Below the pieces are notes generated by a model. The model was not told where the DNA came from. It saw only the letters and a list, made by a program, of their open reading frames with translations, and did no database searches. Position numbers and translations under genes: made by a program. 36,755 nt of DNA from a bacterium (GTDB lineage Bacteria; Cyanobacteriota; Vampirovibrionia; Obscuribacterales; JAKAZS01), in assembly GCA_021785395.1 (NCBI GenBank), contig JAJYFO010000005.1:1-36755 (forward strand), given 5' to 3'. Numbering within the stretch: position 1 is the stretch's first letter; every line of letters begins with the position of its first letter. Positions 10,210 through 19,851 of the stretch are shown here, piece after piece.

Positions 10210-10782
10210 TTATAACTCCCTCATATACTTGCTTCTAGTCTCGTAATCGGGGATATCGGTAACGTCAATACGCATAATTTTTTTGACAAAAAAACTATCG
10301 CCCCTTTTCACGGAAATATTAACCGGTGTGTTTGGTACTCCGATAATTGAACCATAAATTTCTTCGCGGGTATAGCCAGCTATCGGCGTGCCGTCGACAG
10401 CAACTATATAATCGCCAACCTTGAGACCAGCTTTTTGAGCTGGTGTATTGGGAAAGACGTATTTTATAAGTGGCAGACTTCCCGTTCTTATCTGGAATAA
10501 CACTCCGATTACGCCTACAGACCGGCTGGCAGAATTCTGTAACATTTCATTGGTTAATGAGTCGGTTAAAGGCTTCTTGTTAATTTTCTGTAACAATGAA
10601 TTCTTTAGAGTATTGGACTTCATACTTTTCTGAACCGACCCTTGTAAAGTCGGATTGGCGTCTAATTTTGGCTTAGCTTTTTCTAGATTCTGACTGTAAC
10701 CGTAGCCTGGCAGAATCAAGAGAATTGTCAAGTAAATAATACTAATGAGGCTGAACGGTTTTGTAGTCAAATTGTTTAACAT
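10210..10782 (-). CDS. Secreted PDZ domain protein
   Basis: Signal peptide; GVIGV...VFPNTPAQKAGLKVGDYIVAVDG PDZ signature. Confidence 0.88.
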   Translation of the reverse strand: MLNNLTTKPFSLISIIYLTILLILPGYGYSQNLEKAKPKLDANPTLQGSVQKSMKSNTLKNSLLQKINKKPLTDSLTNEMLQNSASRSVGVIGVLFQIRTGSLPLIKYVFPNTPAQKAGLKVGDYIVAVDGTPIAGYTREEIYGSIIGVPNTPVNISVKRGDSFFVKKIMRIDVTDIPDYETRSKYMREL

Positions 10783-11029
10783 ATTCTCTATGATTAAAAT
10801 TCACCAGACCAGCATTGGTAGTAATTTGTATTTTGTGGAGCCAAGTTTAGTGACTGGGAATTTTCACTATTTGTTCCTAGTACCCAACTATCTTAACATA
10901 TTTTAAGGAATTGCAAATTTTAATTTATCATAATTTATCTATTAATTTTTAAAATATTTTCTTACTTTCGTGCTAAGTTAAATACTATACTTTTTTGACC
11001 ACAGATTCTTAGATAGAAAGGAGTTGCAT

Positions 11030-11968
11030 ATGAGTAAGGTTGTTGTAATTGGGGCTGGAAACGTTGGCGCTACAGCTGCTCAATATATTGTTGACCGCAA
11101 ATTGGCCGATGTCGTTCTTATCGATATTGTTGAAGGTTTGCCGCAAGGTAAGGCGTTAGACTTGCTTCAAGCTGGATCCCCCAGTAACCACGATTGTAGT
11201 ATTATCGGTACTAATGATTATGCTGATACTAAAGACGCCGACATTGTCGTAATGACGGCTGGAATAGCAAGAAAACCAGGTATGTCAAGGGACGATTTGC
11301 TTAAAACGAACGCTAATATCGTTCAGTCCGCCATAAAAGAGGCGCATAAATATTCCCCTAATGCCATATTTTTGATAGTCACCAACCCTTTAGATGTCAT
11401 GACTCATTTGGCTCTTAAAACAACTAAATTACCGATGAATAGGGTTCTTGGAATGGCCGGTGTGCTCGACAGTGCAAGGTTTGAAACATTTATTGCCATG
11501 GAGTTAAAAGTTAGCGTAAAAGACGTTCGCGCTTTGGTTCTTGGCGGACATGGTGACCTTATGGTGCCAGTTACATCTTTGGCCAGTGTGTCGGGTATTC
11601 CGCTACTTAACCTAATTAAGCCAGATGTTTTGAGCAATTTAATCAAACGCACTCAAGACGGAGGCGCTGAAATTGTAAGCTTGCTCAAAACGGGTTCGGC
11701 ATTTTATGCACCAGGAGCGAGCGTTGCCTTTATGGTGGAATCAATACTGCGCGATCAAAACCGCCTTATGACAGCCAGTGTATGTCCTGGCGGAGAATAT
11801 GGGCTTAAAGATTTGTTTATTGGTTTGCCTTGTGTTTTAGGGCGGTCTGGTGTTAAGAAAATAGTTGAATTGGACTTGACCACTCAAGAAATGGGTGACC
11901 TAAATAAATCGGCAGCGGCCATTAAAGAAAGTATTAACAAAATGAATGAATTGCTGGTTGCTGTCTAA
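11030..11968 (+). CDS. mdh: Malate dehydrogenase (LDH-like MDH)
   Basis: VIGAGNVG, TAGIARKPGMSRDDL, VTNPLD, LDSARF, LGGHGD and GSAFYAP motifs. ATG at 11030 follows the RBS AAAGGAG (11017-11023). Confidence 0.96.
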   Translation: MSKVVVIGAGNVGATAAQYIVDRKLADVVLIDIVEGLPQGKALDLLQAGSPSNHDCSIIGTNDYADTKDADIVVMTAGIARKPGMSRDDLLKTNANIVQSAIKEAHKYSPNAIFLIVTNPLDVMTHLALKTTKLPMNRVLGMAGVLDSARFETFIAMELKVSVKDVRALVLGGHGDLMVPVTSLASVSGIPLLNLIKPDVLSNLIKRTQDGGAEIVSLLKTGSAFYAPGASVAFMVESILRDQNRLMTASVCPGGEYGLKDLFIGLPCVLGRSGVKKIVELDLTTQEMGDLNKSAAAIKESINKMNELLVAV

Positions 11969-11984
11969 AGAAATAGGAAATTGA

Positions 11985-13469
11985 ATGAAAATTAAAATAA
12001 AAAAAAATAGGGTAATTAATATTGGGTTAATTATTAGTTTTTGGGGTTCGTCGTTCGTTTCATTGCCGGCAGTTGCCGGCAATGAAACGGGAAATGCTAC
12101 TAAGCCTGTGATTAAGACCGGCTTAAGTACCAATAAAATAATTGATAAAACGTCTGACAATGACATTAAGAAGCCGGATACGCCGGTTGCTAATCAAGGC
12201 GGTATCGTGTTGTCGGATCCCAAAAATACAGCTAGTAGTATCAATGATGAAAATGCTTATATCGATAATTCAAGCAGTAATTCCCAGGATTTGCAAGTTA
12301 TCAAAAACATCATTGTAAACCTTGAAGACGACTGGAATAACCACGATTTAGAAAAAGTGATGAATTATTATTCTGATACTTATATAAATAACGATGGCTT
12401 AGATAAAACCGCAATTACAGAGCTGACCAAAGATTTTTGGACAACTTATCCGGACGTAAAATCTAATTCACGCATTTATGAAATACGTATGGACGGTGAT
12501 TACGCTACAGTGGAATCGCTGGATAAGGCTTTTGGTCATACCGCCAAAGAAATGCCTGGACTTGGTACTAAAGGTGTTTTGAGTTCAAAGTCAGAAGGAG
12601 CTTTGTATATTAAAAGAACTGGTAAGATCTGGAAAATTATCGGCGACCGCAATAACTTTGAGGAAGTAAAAGTCTCTTTTGGTATTGCTAAATTAATAGA
12701 TACTAGCTTTTCGGCTCCAGCCCAGGTTAAATCAGGTTCCCCATTTTCGGCAAAACTTAATATGGAATCTTTGCCACCAAATATTGGTGCTATAGGTTCT
12801 ATAACAAATGAACCTTTAAAATATCCACAAAGTCCACCAAATGATTGCTGGAGGCCAATTATTGGTTCTAGGTTGGAACGCATTATGACAGCCAATACTG
12901 ATAACCGCAATGAATTGTTGATTGCGACGATTGGTTTGACTGACCCAAGTAAGGGAAATTTGGCTGGTTTGGAGTTTATTACGAGACGATTAAATGTTGT
13001 ACCAGAAGTTAGAAGTGACGATATAGTAAAACTTAAAAATAAAGAAGACGCTAAAAAATCGCCAATAGATGGTACTTTATTGCCCGGTAATATAGATAAT
13101 ATACCCGGTACAAAAAAAGACGATAAGTCAGTAAAAGATAAAGATAACGGTGCCTCTAACGATAAAAAAGATGATAAGTCAGTAAAATATAAAGATAATG
13201 GTGCCTCTAACGATAAAAAAGATGATAAGTCAGTAAAAGATAAAGATAACGGTGGCTCTAACGATAAAAAAGACGATAAGTCAGTAAAAGATAAAGATGA
13301 TAGTAGCTCTAACGATAAAAAAGATGATAAGTCGGTAAAAGATAACGGTGGCTCTAACGATAAAAAAGATGATAGGTCAGTAAAAGATAAAGATGATAAC
13401 GATAAAAAAGACGATAAGTCAGTAAAAGATAAAGACAATAGCAGCTCTAACGATAATAAAGCTAAATAA
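11985..13469 (+). CDS. Exported NTF2/SnoaL-like domain protein with repetitive charged C-terminal tail
   Basis: Signal peptide. WNNHDLEKVMNYYSDTYINNDGLDK...FWTTYPD is the NTF2-like pattern of a family common in cyanobacteria (ending FITRRLNVV). Confidence 0.75.
   Translation: MKIKIKKNRVINIGLIISFWGSSFVSLPAVAGNETGNATKPVIKTGLSTNKIIDKTSDNDIKKPDTPVANQGGIVLSDPKNTASSINDENAYIDNSSSNSQDLQVIKNIIVNLEDDWNNHDLEKVMNYYSDTYINNDGLDKTAITELTKDFWTTYPDVKSNSRIYEIRMDGDYATVESLDKAFGHTAKEMPGLGTKGVLSSKSEGALYIKRTGKIWKIIGDRNNFEEVKVSFGIAKLIDTSFSAPAQVKSGSPFSAKLNMESLPPNIGAIGSITNEPLKYPQSPPNDCWRPIIGSRLERIMTANTDNRNELLIATIGLTDPSKGNLAGLEFITRRLNVVPEVRSDDIVKLKNKEDAKKSPIDGTLLPGNIDNIPGTKKDDKSVKDKDNGASNDKKDDKSVKYKDNGASNDKKDDKSVKDKDNGGSNDKKDDKSVKDKDDSSSNDKKDDKSVKDNGGSNDKKDDRSVKDKDDNDKKDDKSVKDKDNSSSNDNKAK
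13113..13454 (+). repeat. Coding tandem repeat, 7 copies of about 51 bp (KKDDKSVKDKDNGASND; two copies shortened to 45 and 42 bp)
   Basis: Direct reading of DNA and protein repeats, all in frame. Confidence 0.95.
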
Positions 13470-13487
13470 AGGTAGCCAATCAAAATT

Positions 13488-13952
13488 GTGGTGTTAGTTT
13501 TTTTTATAACTTCAGTTTTTTGTATTTTTGTCGACCAATTAACTAAGTCTAGAGCCATAAGTTTTTTAACACCTGATACTAATCAGATTTTTATACCAGG
13601 GTTTATAAATTTGACTCTGGTTAAAAATACTGGCATGGCTTTTAGCCTGGCTAGCGGACATATTCAGATAACGACTTGGATTTCACTTATAGTATCGTTT
13701 GTGCTAATTTATGTATTTATTACCAACCAACCTCGCCAAAGAATTATTTTATATTATATTGCCTTTGGATTTCTTTTGGGTGGCGCCTGCGGGAATATTA
13801 TCGATCGTTTTTATCAGGGTTTTGTAACTGACTTTATTGAATTCTCCCAGTTTGACTTTCCCGTTTTTAATATGGCCGATATTTTTATCGATATCGGGAT
13901 TGTATTGTTGTTGATTTATAATTTTAAATACGCCAAATTAAGAATTAAATGA
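13488..13952 (+). CDS. lspA: Lipoprotein signal peptidase II
   Basis: DQLTK, NTGMAFS, GGACGNIIDR, VTDFI and FPVFNMAD motifs. Confidence 0.95.
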   Translation: MVLVFFITSVFCIFVDQLTKSRAISFLTPDTNQIFIPGFINLTLVKNTGMAFSLASGHIQITTWISLIVSFVLIYVFITNQPRQRIILYYIAFGFLLGGACGNIIDRFYQGFVTDFIEFSQFDFPVFNMADIFIDIGIVLLLIYNFKYAKLRIK

Positions 13953-14992
13953 ATGAAAATTTTTCATTAGACAATATAAAAATTAACTTCGTAAACGAAG
14001 ATGATTCTGTTCTGGAAAGCCTGTATCCAAACATGAGTCAGCTCGGTAAACTTCTAGGTGAAGGTATTAGCGATTTGAGACTCGACGTGTTTTTAGCTAA
14101 AATCCTTCAAGACCATCCAAAATTTTCGTTTAGCCGGACTAAAATTCAAAATTTAATTAAAAACGGCAACATAATGGTAAATCACAAGTATGTAAATAGC
14201 AATATTAAAATTAATGCTAACTGTGAAATATCCATTGCCCTACCTAAAACTAGGGAATATTCTGTTGTTAAACGCAATATTCAACTCGAAATTATTTACG
14301 AAGATAATTATCTGGCTTTAATCAATAAACCCAGTGGTTTAACGGTTCATCCAGGAGCTGGCAATGACGACAATACCCTTGTTAATGCTCTTTTGTATCA
14401 ATTTGGTTCGAGTTTGTCTAGCTATAACCTGACCGACCGCCCTGGTATCATTCACCGCCTCGATAAAGATACTAGTGGTATTATGATGATCGCTAAATCC
14501 GACGAAAGCCACGCTAAACTAGCTAACCTTTTTAAAGCAAGACAAATTCAGAAAACTTATTTGGCTTTAGTGGAAGGTTACCCACAGTCCAAAACCGGTG
14601 AAATTAATCTTAGTATAGCCAGGCATAAAACTAAGCGTAAAATCATGTGCGTCGATAGTGAAGGGCGTGAGGCCATAACTTTTTTTAAATTGCTAAAACA
14701 TAGTAACACCTTTTCTTTGCTCGAACTTTTGCCTAAAACTGGTCGCACGCACCAGCTCAGGGTTCATTTGGCCTATTTAAATTTGCCGATTGCTGGCGAT
14801 TTGGTTTATAATAATAAAGCTAGCGGTAAAGCCCAGTTTCGCTGCGATTATGGGTTGAACGGGCATCTTTTGCACGCTTTTAGCCTAGAATTTATCCATC
14901 CCTATACTTTACAGAAATTAAAATTTGAGGCTCCTTTGCCAGCATATTTTAAAGCTGCGATGAAAACTTTAATAGACTTTAAACTTTCTTGA
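13949..14992 (+). CDS. rluD: RluA/RluD family 23S rRNA pseudouridine synthase with S4 domain
   Basis: RLDVFLA (S4), INKPSGLTVHP, HRLDKDTSG and TGRTHQLRVH motifs. ATGA overlap with lspA. Confidence 0.9.
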   Translation: MNENFSLDNIKINFVNEDDSVLESLYPNMSQLGKLLGEGISDLRLDVFLAKILQDHPKFSFSRTKIQNLIKNGNIMVNHKYVNSNIKINANCEISIALPKTREYSVVKRNIQLEIIYEDNYLALINKPSGLTVHPGAGNDDNTLVNALLYQFGSSLSSYNLTDRPGIIHRLDKDTSGIMMIAKSDESHAKLANLFKARQIQKTYLALVEGYPQSKTGEINLSIARHKTKRKIMCVDSEGREAITFFKLLKHSNTFSLLELLPKTGRTHQLRVHLAYLNLPIAGDLVYNNKASGKAQFRCDYGLNGHLLHAFSLEFIHPYTLQKLKFEAPLPAYFKAAMKTLIDFKLS

Positions 14993-15047
14993 ATAAAATT
15001 TATTTATATACTAAAATGAAGTGTTATATGGTTCAGGTTTTAAATAA

Positions 15048-15395
15048 ATGAATAAAAGTTATCTATACGTTTGCCTTAGTATCGTCATTTCGCTTTTTTG
15101 CCTTTTTGTCAGTTTGATCAACGGTCAGGCCGTTGAATTAAATTTGGGTTTTGGGAAAATGAATTTACCTATGTCGGTTGCGTTAATTATAGCTTGGGCA
15201 TTGGGTGTACTAAGTCTATATTGCTATAAGCAAAAACAGAAATTAGTCGCTAAAACATCGCAAACCCAGTTAGAATGGAAAGCCCAAGACGCAAAGCTTA
15301 TGGCTAGTATAGCCAGTGACAAAGAAAAACAACTTGAGGCAAAAATAGCTACGCTTGAAGCGGCGCTCAAAACGGCTTTAAAAAAAAATGACTAG
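15048..15395 (+). CDS. LapA-like small membrane protein (two TM helices plus coiled coil)
   Basis: TM, then N.Q.V.LNLGF...LP, second TM and a coiled-coil tail, the LapA/DUF1049-type layout. Confidence 0.6.
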   Translation: MNKSYLYVCLSIVISLFCLFVSLINGQAVELNLGFGKMNLPMSVALIIAWALGVLSLYCYKQKQKLVAKTSQTQLEWKAQDAKLMASIASDKEKQLEAKIATLEAALKTALKKND

Positions 15396-15405
15396 GCTAA
15401 AACAG

Positions 15406-15775
15406 TTAACTGAATAATTTATTGATTAATTTTCTTTGCTTGTCGTTATGAACTACCTGAAAAGTCGTTAAATGCCTTGGAACATTAGTAAGAGTTGAAA
15501 AGCACTGTATAAAGTCGGTAAGCGGCATAGATATCATTCCGCGCCTTTGTTTTCAACATTATTTATGCTATAACCTGTCCATGGGATTTGGTAATTATCC
15601 AATTTATTTAGTCCGGTTATAATATTAAACTCCCACGGGTTGCCTGCGGTAATCCTGTAGGCTGTAGGATTGTAGGCGATGACAGAAAAGAGGTTGTTTA
15701 AGTCGTTTTCAATATTTAAGTTAATCGAAGCTACAATCGGGTCACCATTATTTAGACAATTTGTAACGTGGCTAT
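15406..15775 (-). pseudogene. Frameshifted, 5'-truncated remnant of a calpain-like (C2) peptidase C-terminal half
   Basis: Manual translation: ...CLNNGDPIVASIN...LNNLFSVIAYNPTAYRITAGNPWEFN...NVENKG[1-bp frameshift near 15543]GMISMPLTDFIQCFSTLT... It aligns by eye to ALKNNQPVLAAIN...PNHAYSVLKVNLDNQSVTLRNPHGFN...SVSDFGDGLLVMPLSTFKKYFSVV of 5200-6456. Confidence 0.75.
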
Positions 15776-18085
15776 TTAAATTAAACTTTTGCTTTTAAGC
15801 AGATTGATCAAATCATTACGTTTTACTTTGCGAATAGCCGTTTTGGGCAGTTCTTCGTCGAGAACGATTATTCGCGTTGGTTGTTTATAACTGGCTAGAT
15901 TAACGTATTCTTTCTCGACAAGCTTTATCAATTCTTTATCGGCGTTTCCGTTATGGTTAGCATGCATAGATTTGAAATTGTCGCTGGGCGTTACTACGGC
16001 GACTACCTGTTCTTGGTCTTTTTTATTGCCAGAGCTATCGCATAAACCAAGTACACAAACTTCTTTGACACTTTGACAATTAGAGATAACGCCTTCTACT
16101 TCTTCTGGGTGAATTTTTTTGCCGCCAGCCAACACAATCAAGTTCTTAAGCCGCCCGGTTATGTATAAATACCCGTCTTGGTCAATTTTACCTACGTCAC
16201 CGGTATGGAACCATCCGTCACTGTCTATCGCTTCTTTGGTTAAATCAGGTCGTTTGTAATACCCCTGCATGATATGTGGCCCACGCGTCAAAATTTCGCC
16301 ACTATCATCGTCGATAGCTTTTTTGGCAATTTTAACTTCGATACCAGTAAACGGCCTACCTACAGAGCCAAGTTTATTCTGAGCCGGAGTGTTAAATGTA
16401 ATTACCGGACTTGTTTCGGTTAGACCATAACCTTGTAGAAGAGGAATGCCTATTAAATCATAAAATTTACCAATACTTACATCAAGAGCTGCTCCGCCTG
16501 AAATCAGCATTTGTAAATTGCCGCCTAGTTTTTGTTGGAGTGGGTAAAATAATAGGCGGCGTATTGACTTACTGGGAATTAGCTTGGCTAAGTTACTTGC
16601 CGTTTGCCACCATAAATTAGCTAAGCTACCGCCTTTATGGATTTCTTTTTCGATACCAATTTTTAGTGTTTTATAAAATAATGGTACGCTAAACATTCCA
16701 TAAATAGACCGCTCTTTCATAAGACTAATAATGTCTTTGGGATAAAGCGAACTAGAATAATAAACCGTTCCACCAGCGTGTAAAACGCCTAGGAATCCAT
16801 GGGTTAATTCTAACAAATGGTTTAACGGTAATATTGATAAAAAAGAAAAAGACTGATTAGTGCTCAATATCTCCTGAAAACGCTGTATCTGGAAGACGAT
16901 ATTGCTAAAACTGGTCATGACTCCTTTGGGATTACCAGTAGTACCAGAAGTATAAATTATGAGCGCTGTTTCATTTAGATCGCGGTTTATTGACGGATGA
17001 TTTTGGGCTGGTTTTAAATCATGAATGCTAGTAAATGTTGAGGCTTGATCACTGGTTAAATCTATCGTATAAATATTCTTAACAGAAGCGATATCGTCTT
17101 TGATGGCTTCAATATTCTTTAAGCAATGATTTGATACCATTATTATTTCAGGCTCACAGTCGTTGATTAGGGTCTTAAGCTCTCGACTTGTAAGCTTTGT
17201 GTCCAGAGGGACAACTATAGCGCCAGCTCGAACGGCTGAGAAAAAAGCAATGGCAAATTCTGGTCTTGACTCACTCAATATAGCAATTCTGCTGCCGTGT
17301 TTAAAGCCTGTTTCGATAAAGTATGAGGCTAAGCGGCTAGCTCTTCTCGATAATTCGTTGAAACTTATTTCCAGGAAAGTGTCATTGATTTTCATGCAAA
17401 CGGCGGGTCTGGCGGCAAACATGTCGCTGCGCGACTGGGTTAAGCCTAAAACGCCGTCAAGATATTCTTGGTTAGTCGTTTCTTGTCTGGTTATAGCTTC
17501 TTTCATGGACCCTATGATTTGTGATAATTCGTTTATTTCTTCGTTAGAAGGCAAATCGAGTCTGGTAAAAGGTACACCAAAATGAATGACGATTTTATGC
17601 GGTTTGGGAAATCTCTGATTATACCCCCAGGCTTCGAAGCCACCATAAATGGCGAATGGAACGATTGGGCATTTGCTCAACTGGTGCAATTTGGCGACAC
17701 CTTTGTGAAATTTAGCAATATTGCCGTCTTCGGTTAATCTACCTTCCGGAAAAATACAGATACTGTCGCCCCTGGCTAGGTATTTTTGCGCAGTTTCAAT
17801 GGCATCGCTGCCGCGGTTTGACTTTACTGGAATCCCGCCTAATATAGTTACCATAAAGCCTATAAAAGGAATTTTAAATACCCAGTCGACTACCAAGAAA
17901 CGCACGCGCCGGCTCGAAGCACTTGCGACAATAAAAGAATCTAACCAGCCGGTATGGTTGCCAGCTAGAATGACTGGACCGGTTTGGCGGTTAAGGTAAT
18001 GGCGACCGTCGTATTTAAGGCTAAATACGCCAGCCATTATAATTCTTACAAAAAATACGATAAAAGAATATATAAAATCCGTCAT
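15776..18085 (-). CDS. Bifunctional PlsC-type acyltransferase / long-chain fatty acid-CoA (or ACP) ligase (Aas-like architecture)
   Basis: N-terminal NHTGWLD and IFPEG (PlsC). C-terminal IIYTSGTTGNPKGV, GYGLTETSP and WFHTGD (AMP-binding). Confidence 0.9.
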   Translation of the reverse strand: MTDFIYSFIVFFVRIIMAGVFSLKYDGRHYLNRQTGPVILAGNHTGWLDSFIVASASSRRVRFLVVDWVFKIPFIGFMVTILGGIPVKSNRGSDAIETAQKYLARGDSICIFPEGRLTEDGNIAKFHKGVAKLHQLSKCPIVPFAIYGGFEAWGYNQRFPKPHKIVIHFGVPFTRLDLPSNEEINELSQIIGSMKEAITRQETTNQEYLDGVLGLTQSRSDMFAARPAVCMKINDTFLEISFNELSRRASRLASYFIETGFKHGSRIAILSESRPEFAIAFFSAVRAGAIVVPLDTKLTSRELKTLINDCEPEIIMVSNHCLKNIEAIKDDIASVKNIYTIDLTSDQASTFTSIHDLKPAQNHPSINRDLNETALIIYTSGTTGNPKGVMTSFSNIVFQIQRFQEILSTNQSFSFLSILPLNHLLELTHGFLGVLHAGGTVYYSSSLYPKDIISLMKERSIYGMFSVPLFYKTLKIGIEKEIHKGGSLANLWWQTASNLAKLIPSKSIRRLLFYPLQQKLGGNLQMLISGGAALDVSIGKFYDLIGIPLLQGYGLTETSPVITFNTPAQNKLGSVGRPFTGIEVKIAKKAIDDDSGEILTRGPHIMQGYYKRPDLTKEAIDSDGWFHTGDVGKIDQDGYLYITGRLKNLIVLAGGKKIHPEEVEGVISNCQSVKEVCVLGLCDSSGNKKDQEQVVAVVTPSDNFKSMHANHNGNADKELIKLVEKEYVNLASYKQPTRIIVLDEELPKTAIRKVKRNDLINLLKSKSLI

Positions 18086-18101
18086 GCTCTGTAAAAGTGA
18101 G

Positions 18102-19280
18102 TTATTTTGTTATCGAGCTGTAAGAGTAAGCTTGGGGAAAATTATTGGAGATGTTAGAACTTAGATTGATGTAGTTGTTGATTGAACCCAATTCGAGTTT
18201 ACCGTCTTTGTCCTGGTAGTAATGTTGTAAAATTTGCTGGTACTGCCAACCGTTATTGGCTAGCATATTAGCCCCGTGCTGACTCAGGCCCAGGCTTCCG
18301 TTACCGGGTCCTCGGCACGTGAAAATCCAGTTGTTGCCAGCCTGCCTTACGTCTAAAATACCGGCTGTGGGTAGATTGAGAATTTTAGCCAGGGCAACTC
18401 CATAAACGTCGCGGGATTTTTTAGCTCCGATAATCTGTAAATCGTTGACATTGCCAGTAGCGTCCCATTGTTTAGGCGTTACGCCGACAATTTTGGGTAC
18501 ACCGGTCAAAGCTTCTAATTTCTGACAGTTGACACTTACGTGGCGTAAGTTTAAATTTTCATTACTGTTGCCGACCCAAGCTCTATAAAAGCCCGGTTTT
18601 ACTGAACCGGCCTTTTTCAAAATAACGCCAGTTGTACTTATAACAGCCCTGGTACTTGAATCATGCTCGTTGCCAAGGCCTTTGTAGGCCTGGTCGCGAA
18701 CGTCAGGAACCAAATCGTAGCCTTCTGATTTAAACCATTTCGAGCCATGTCCAGTATGGGCTACAGCATAACTGCGTGCTGCTACGGCCTGAGCTTTTAA
18801 AGCTTCAATATTCCAATTGTAAGGCATCTCCGATGGTACGACACCGCGCAAGTAGTCTTCTATGTCGAGTAGATTTATAAGCGTAATCCTATTACCAAAG
18901 TTAATAATCTCTAGGCTTCCGCGCCACCATTTGTTATTGGCCCAAAAAATATAATTTGACGAGGCGATTTGGGCTCTTGCGGTTAGAGGTAGGGGGTAAC
19001 TTTTGCCCGTACTCAAATCAGTAATACGCGATTGACTTAGTTTATAAGGTTGACGAGCCTTTAATTCGAAAACAGGGTTGTTGTCAATAAAAACGTAGCC
19101 AGGTTCCCATAAAGCTATATAGGCCTGGCTAGCTTTGTTTATCAAGCCTATCCTTATGGGGTGGGACATGTTCGGGTACGGCATGAAACTTGCCTGTAAG
19201 CCTTTAGCCAGGCACGGGTAAGTGGTAACCGTGAGCATATAAGCCAGTATCAAAAAGCGCCAGTATTTTAAAAATTTCAT
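18102..19280 (-). CDS. SpoIID/LytB domain lytic transglycosylase-like protein
   Basis: YLRGVVPSEMP, EALKAQAVAARSYA, DQAYKG and GLSQHGA...ILQHYY motifs; signal peptide. Confidence 0.9.
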   Translation of the reverse strand: MKFLKYWRFLILAYMLTVTTYPCLAKGLQASFMPYPNMSHPIRIGLINKASQAYIALWEPGYVFIDNNPVFELKARQPYKLSQSRITDLSTGKSYPLPLTARAQIASSNYIFWANNKWWRGSLEIINFGNRITLINLLDIEDYLRGVVPSEMPYNWNIEALKAQAVAARSYAVAHTGHGSKWFKSEGYDLVPDVRDQAYKGLGNEHDSSTRAVISTTGVILKKAGSVKPGFYRAWVGNSNENLNLRHVSVNCQKLEALTGVPKIVGVTPKQWDATGNVNDLQIIGAKKSRDVYGVALAKILNLPTAGILDVRQAGNNWIFTCRGPGNGSLGLSQHGANMLANNGWQYQQILQHYYQDKDGKLELGSINNYINLSSNISNNFPQAYSYSSITK

Positions 19281-19379
19281 CGGTTTTCTTGTTCACACCC
19301 AAAATAGATTAGCTACTACATATATATTACCCTTATGATAATGCGTTTTATCTTTTCGGGCTAAATTTTAACTATTAAA

Positions 19380-19838
19380 TTATTTGGCTTGGTTAAAATT
19401 ATTCAATTGCCTGGTATATTCGTTGACTAGTGAAGAATTTGAAGCTTTTTTAGCGCTATTTAGCAAATTTATATAGGTAATTTTTTCAGGATAAGCTTCG
19501 AGCATAGCTTTAGCTACTTCGTTGGCTTTGGCGTTTTCTTGGTTACCGGCTAGGATTTCAAAGTATTCTAAGGGCAGGCTCATGTATTTCCAACGGTTTT
19601 GGTATGTTATAAAGCGGTTGATTTTTAACTCTTGCATGCTTCGTATTTGCATTTTATAAGTGCTCGTGACTATATTTTTGGCGCTTGCGTAATTATTGTT
19701 TTTAATTGCGTCACTGATTAGTGAGTCCATTTTGTCAAAGTCTTTATTATAAATTACGCTATCTTTGATATTCTGCGCTAAGCTTTTGTCAATACTCAAA
19801 ATAAGCAAGGAAATGATAATTAATTGTTTAAAGAGCAT
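19380..19838 (-). CDS. Secreted helical hypothetical protein (paralog of 19852-20322)
   Basis: Signal peptide; shared motif PLEYFEILAG...AKAML...TY..L...A..A.NS.L. Confidence 0.8.
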   Translation of the reverse strand: MLFKQLIIISLLILSIDKSLAQNIKDSVIYNKDFDKMDSLISDAIKNNNYASAKNIVTSTYKMQIRSMQELKINRFITYQNRWKYMSLPLEYFEILAGNQENAKANEVAKAMLEAYPEKITYINLLNSAKKASNSSLVNEYTRQLNNFNQAK

Positions 19839-19851
19839 ATGTTTTACTGAA

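Noticed and set aside
12536-13558. 340-aa minus-strand ORF
   Set aside because: Antisense shadow of the SnoaL-like gene; it stays open because of the K/D repeat (Ser/Leu/Phe-rich mirror).
16411-17999. Plus-strand ORFs inside the acyltransferase/ligase gene
   Set aside because: Fully antisense to a well-supported CDS; no independent evidence.
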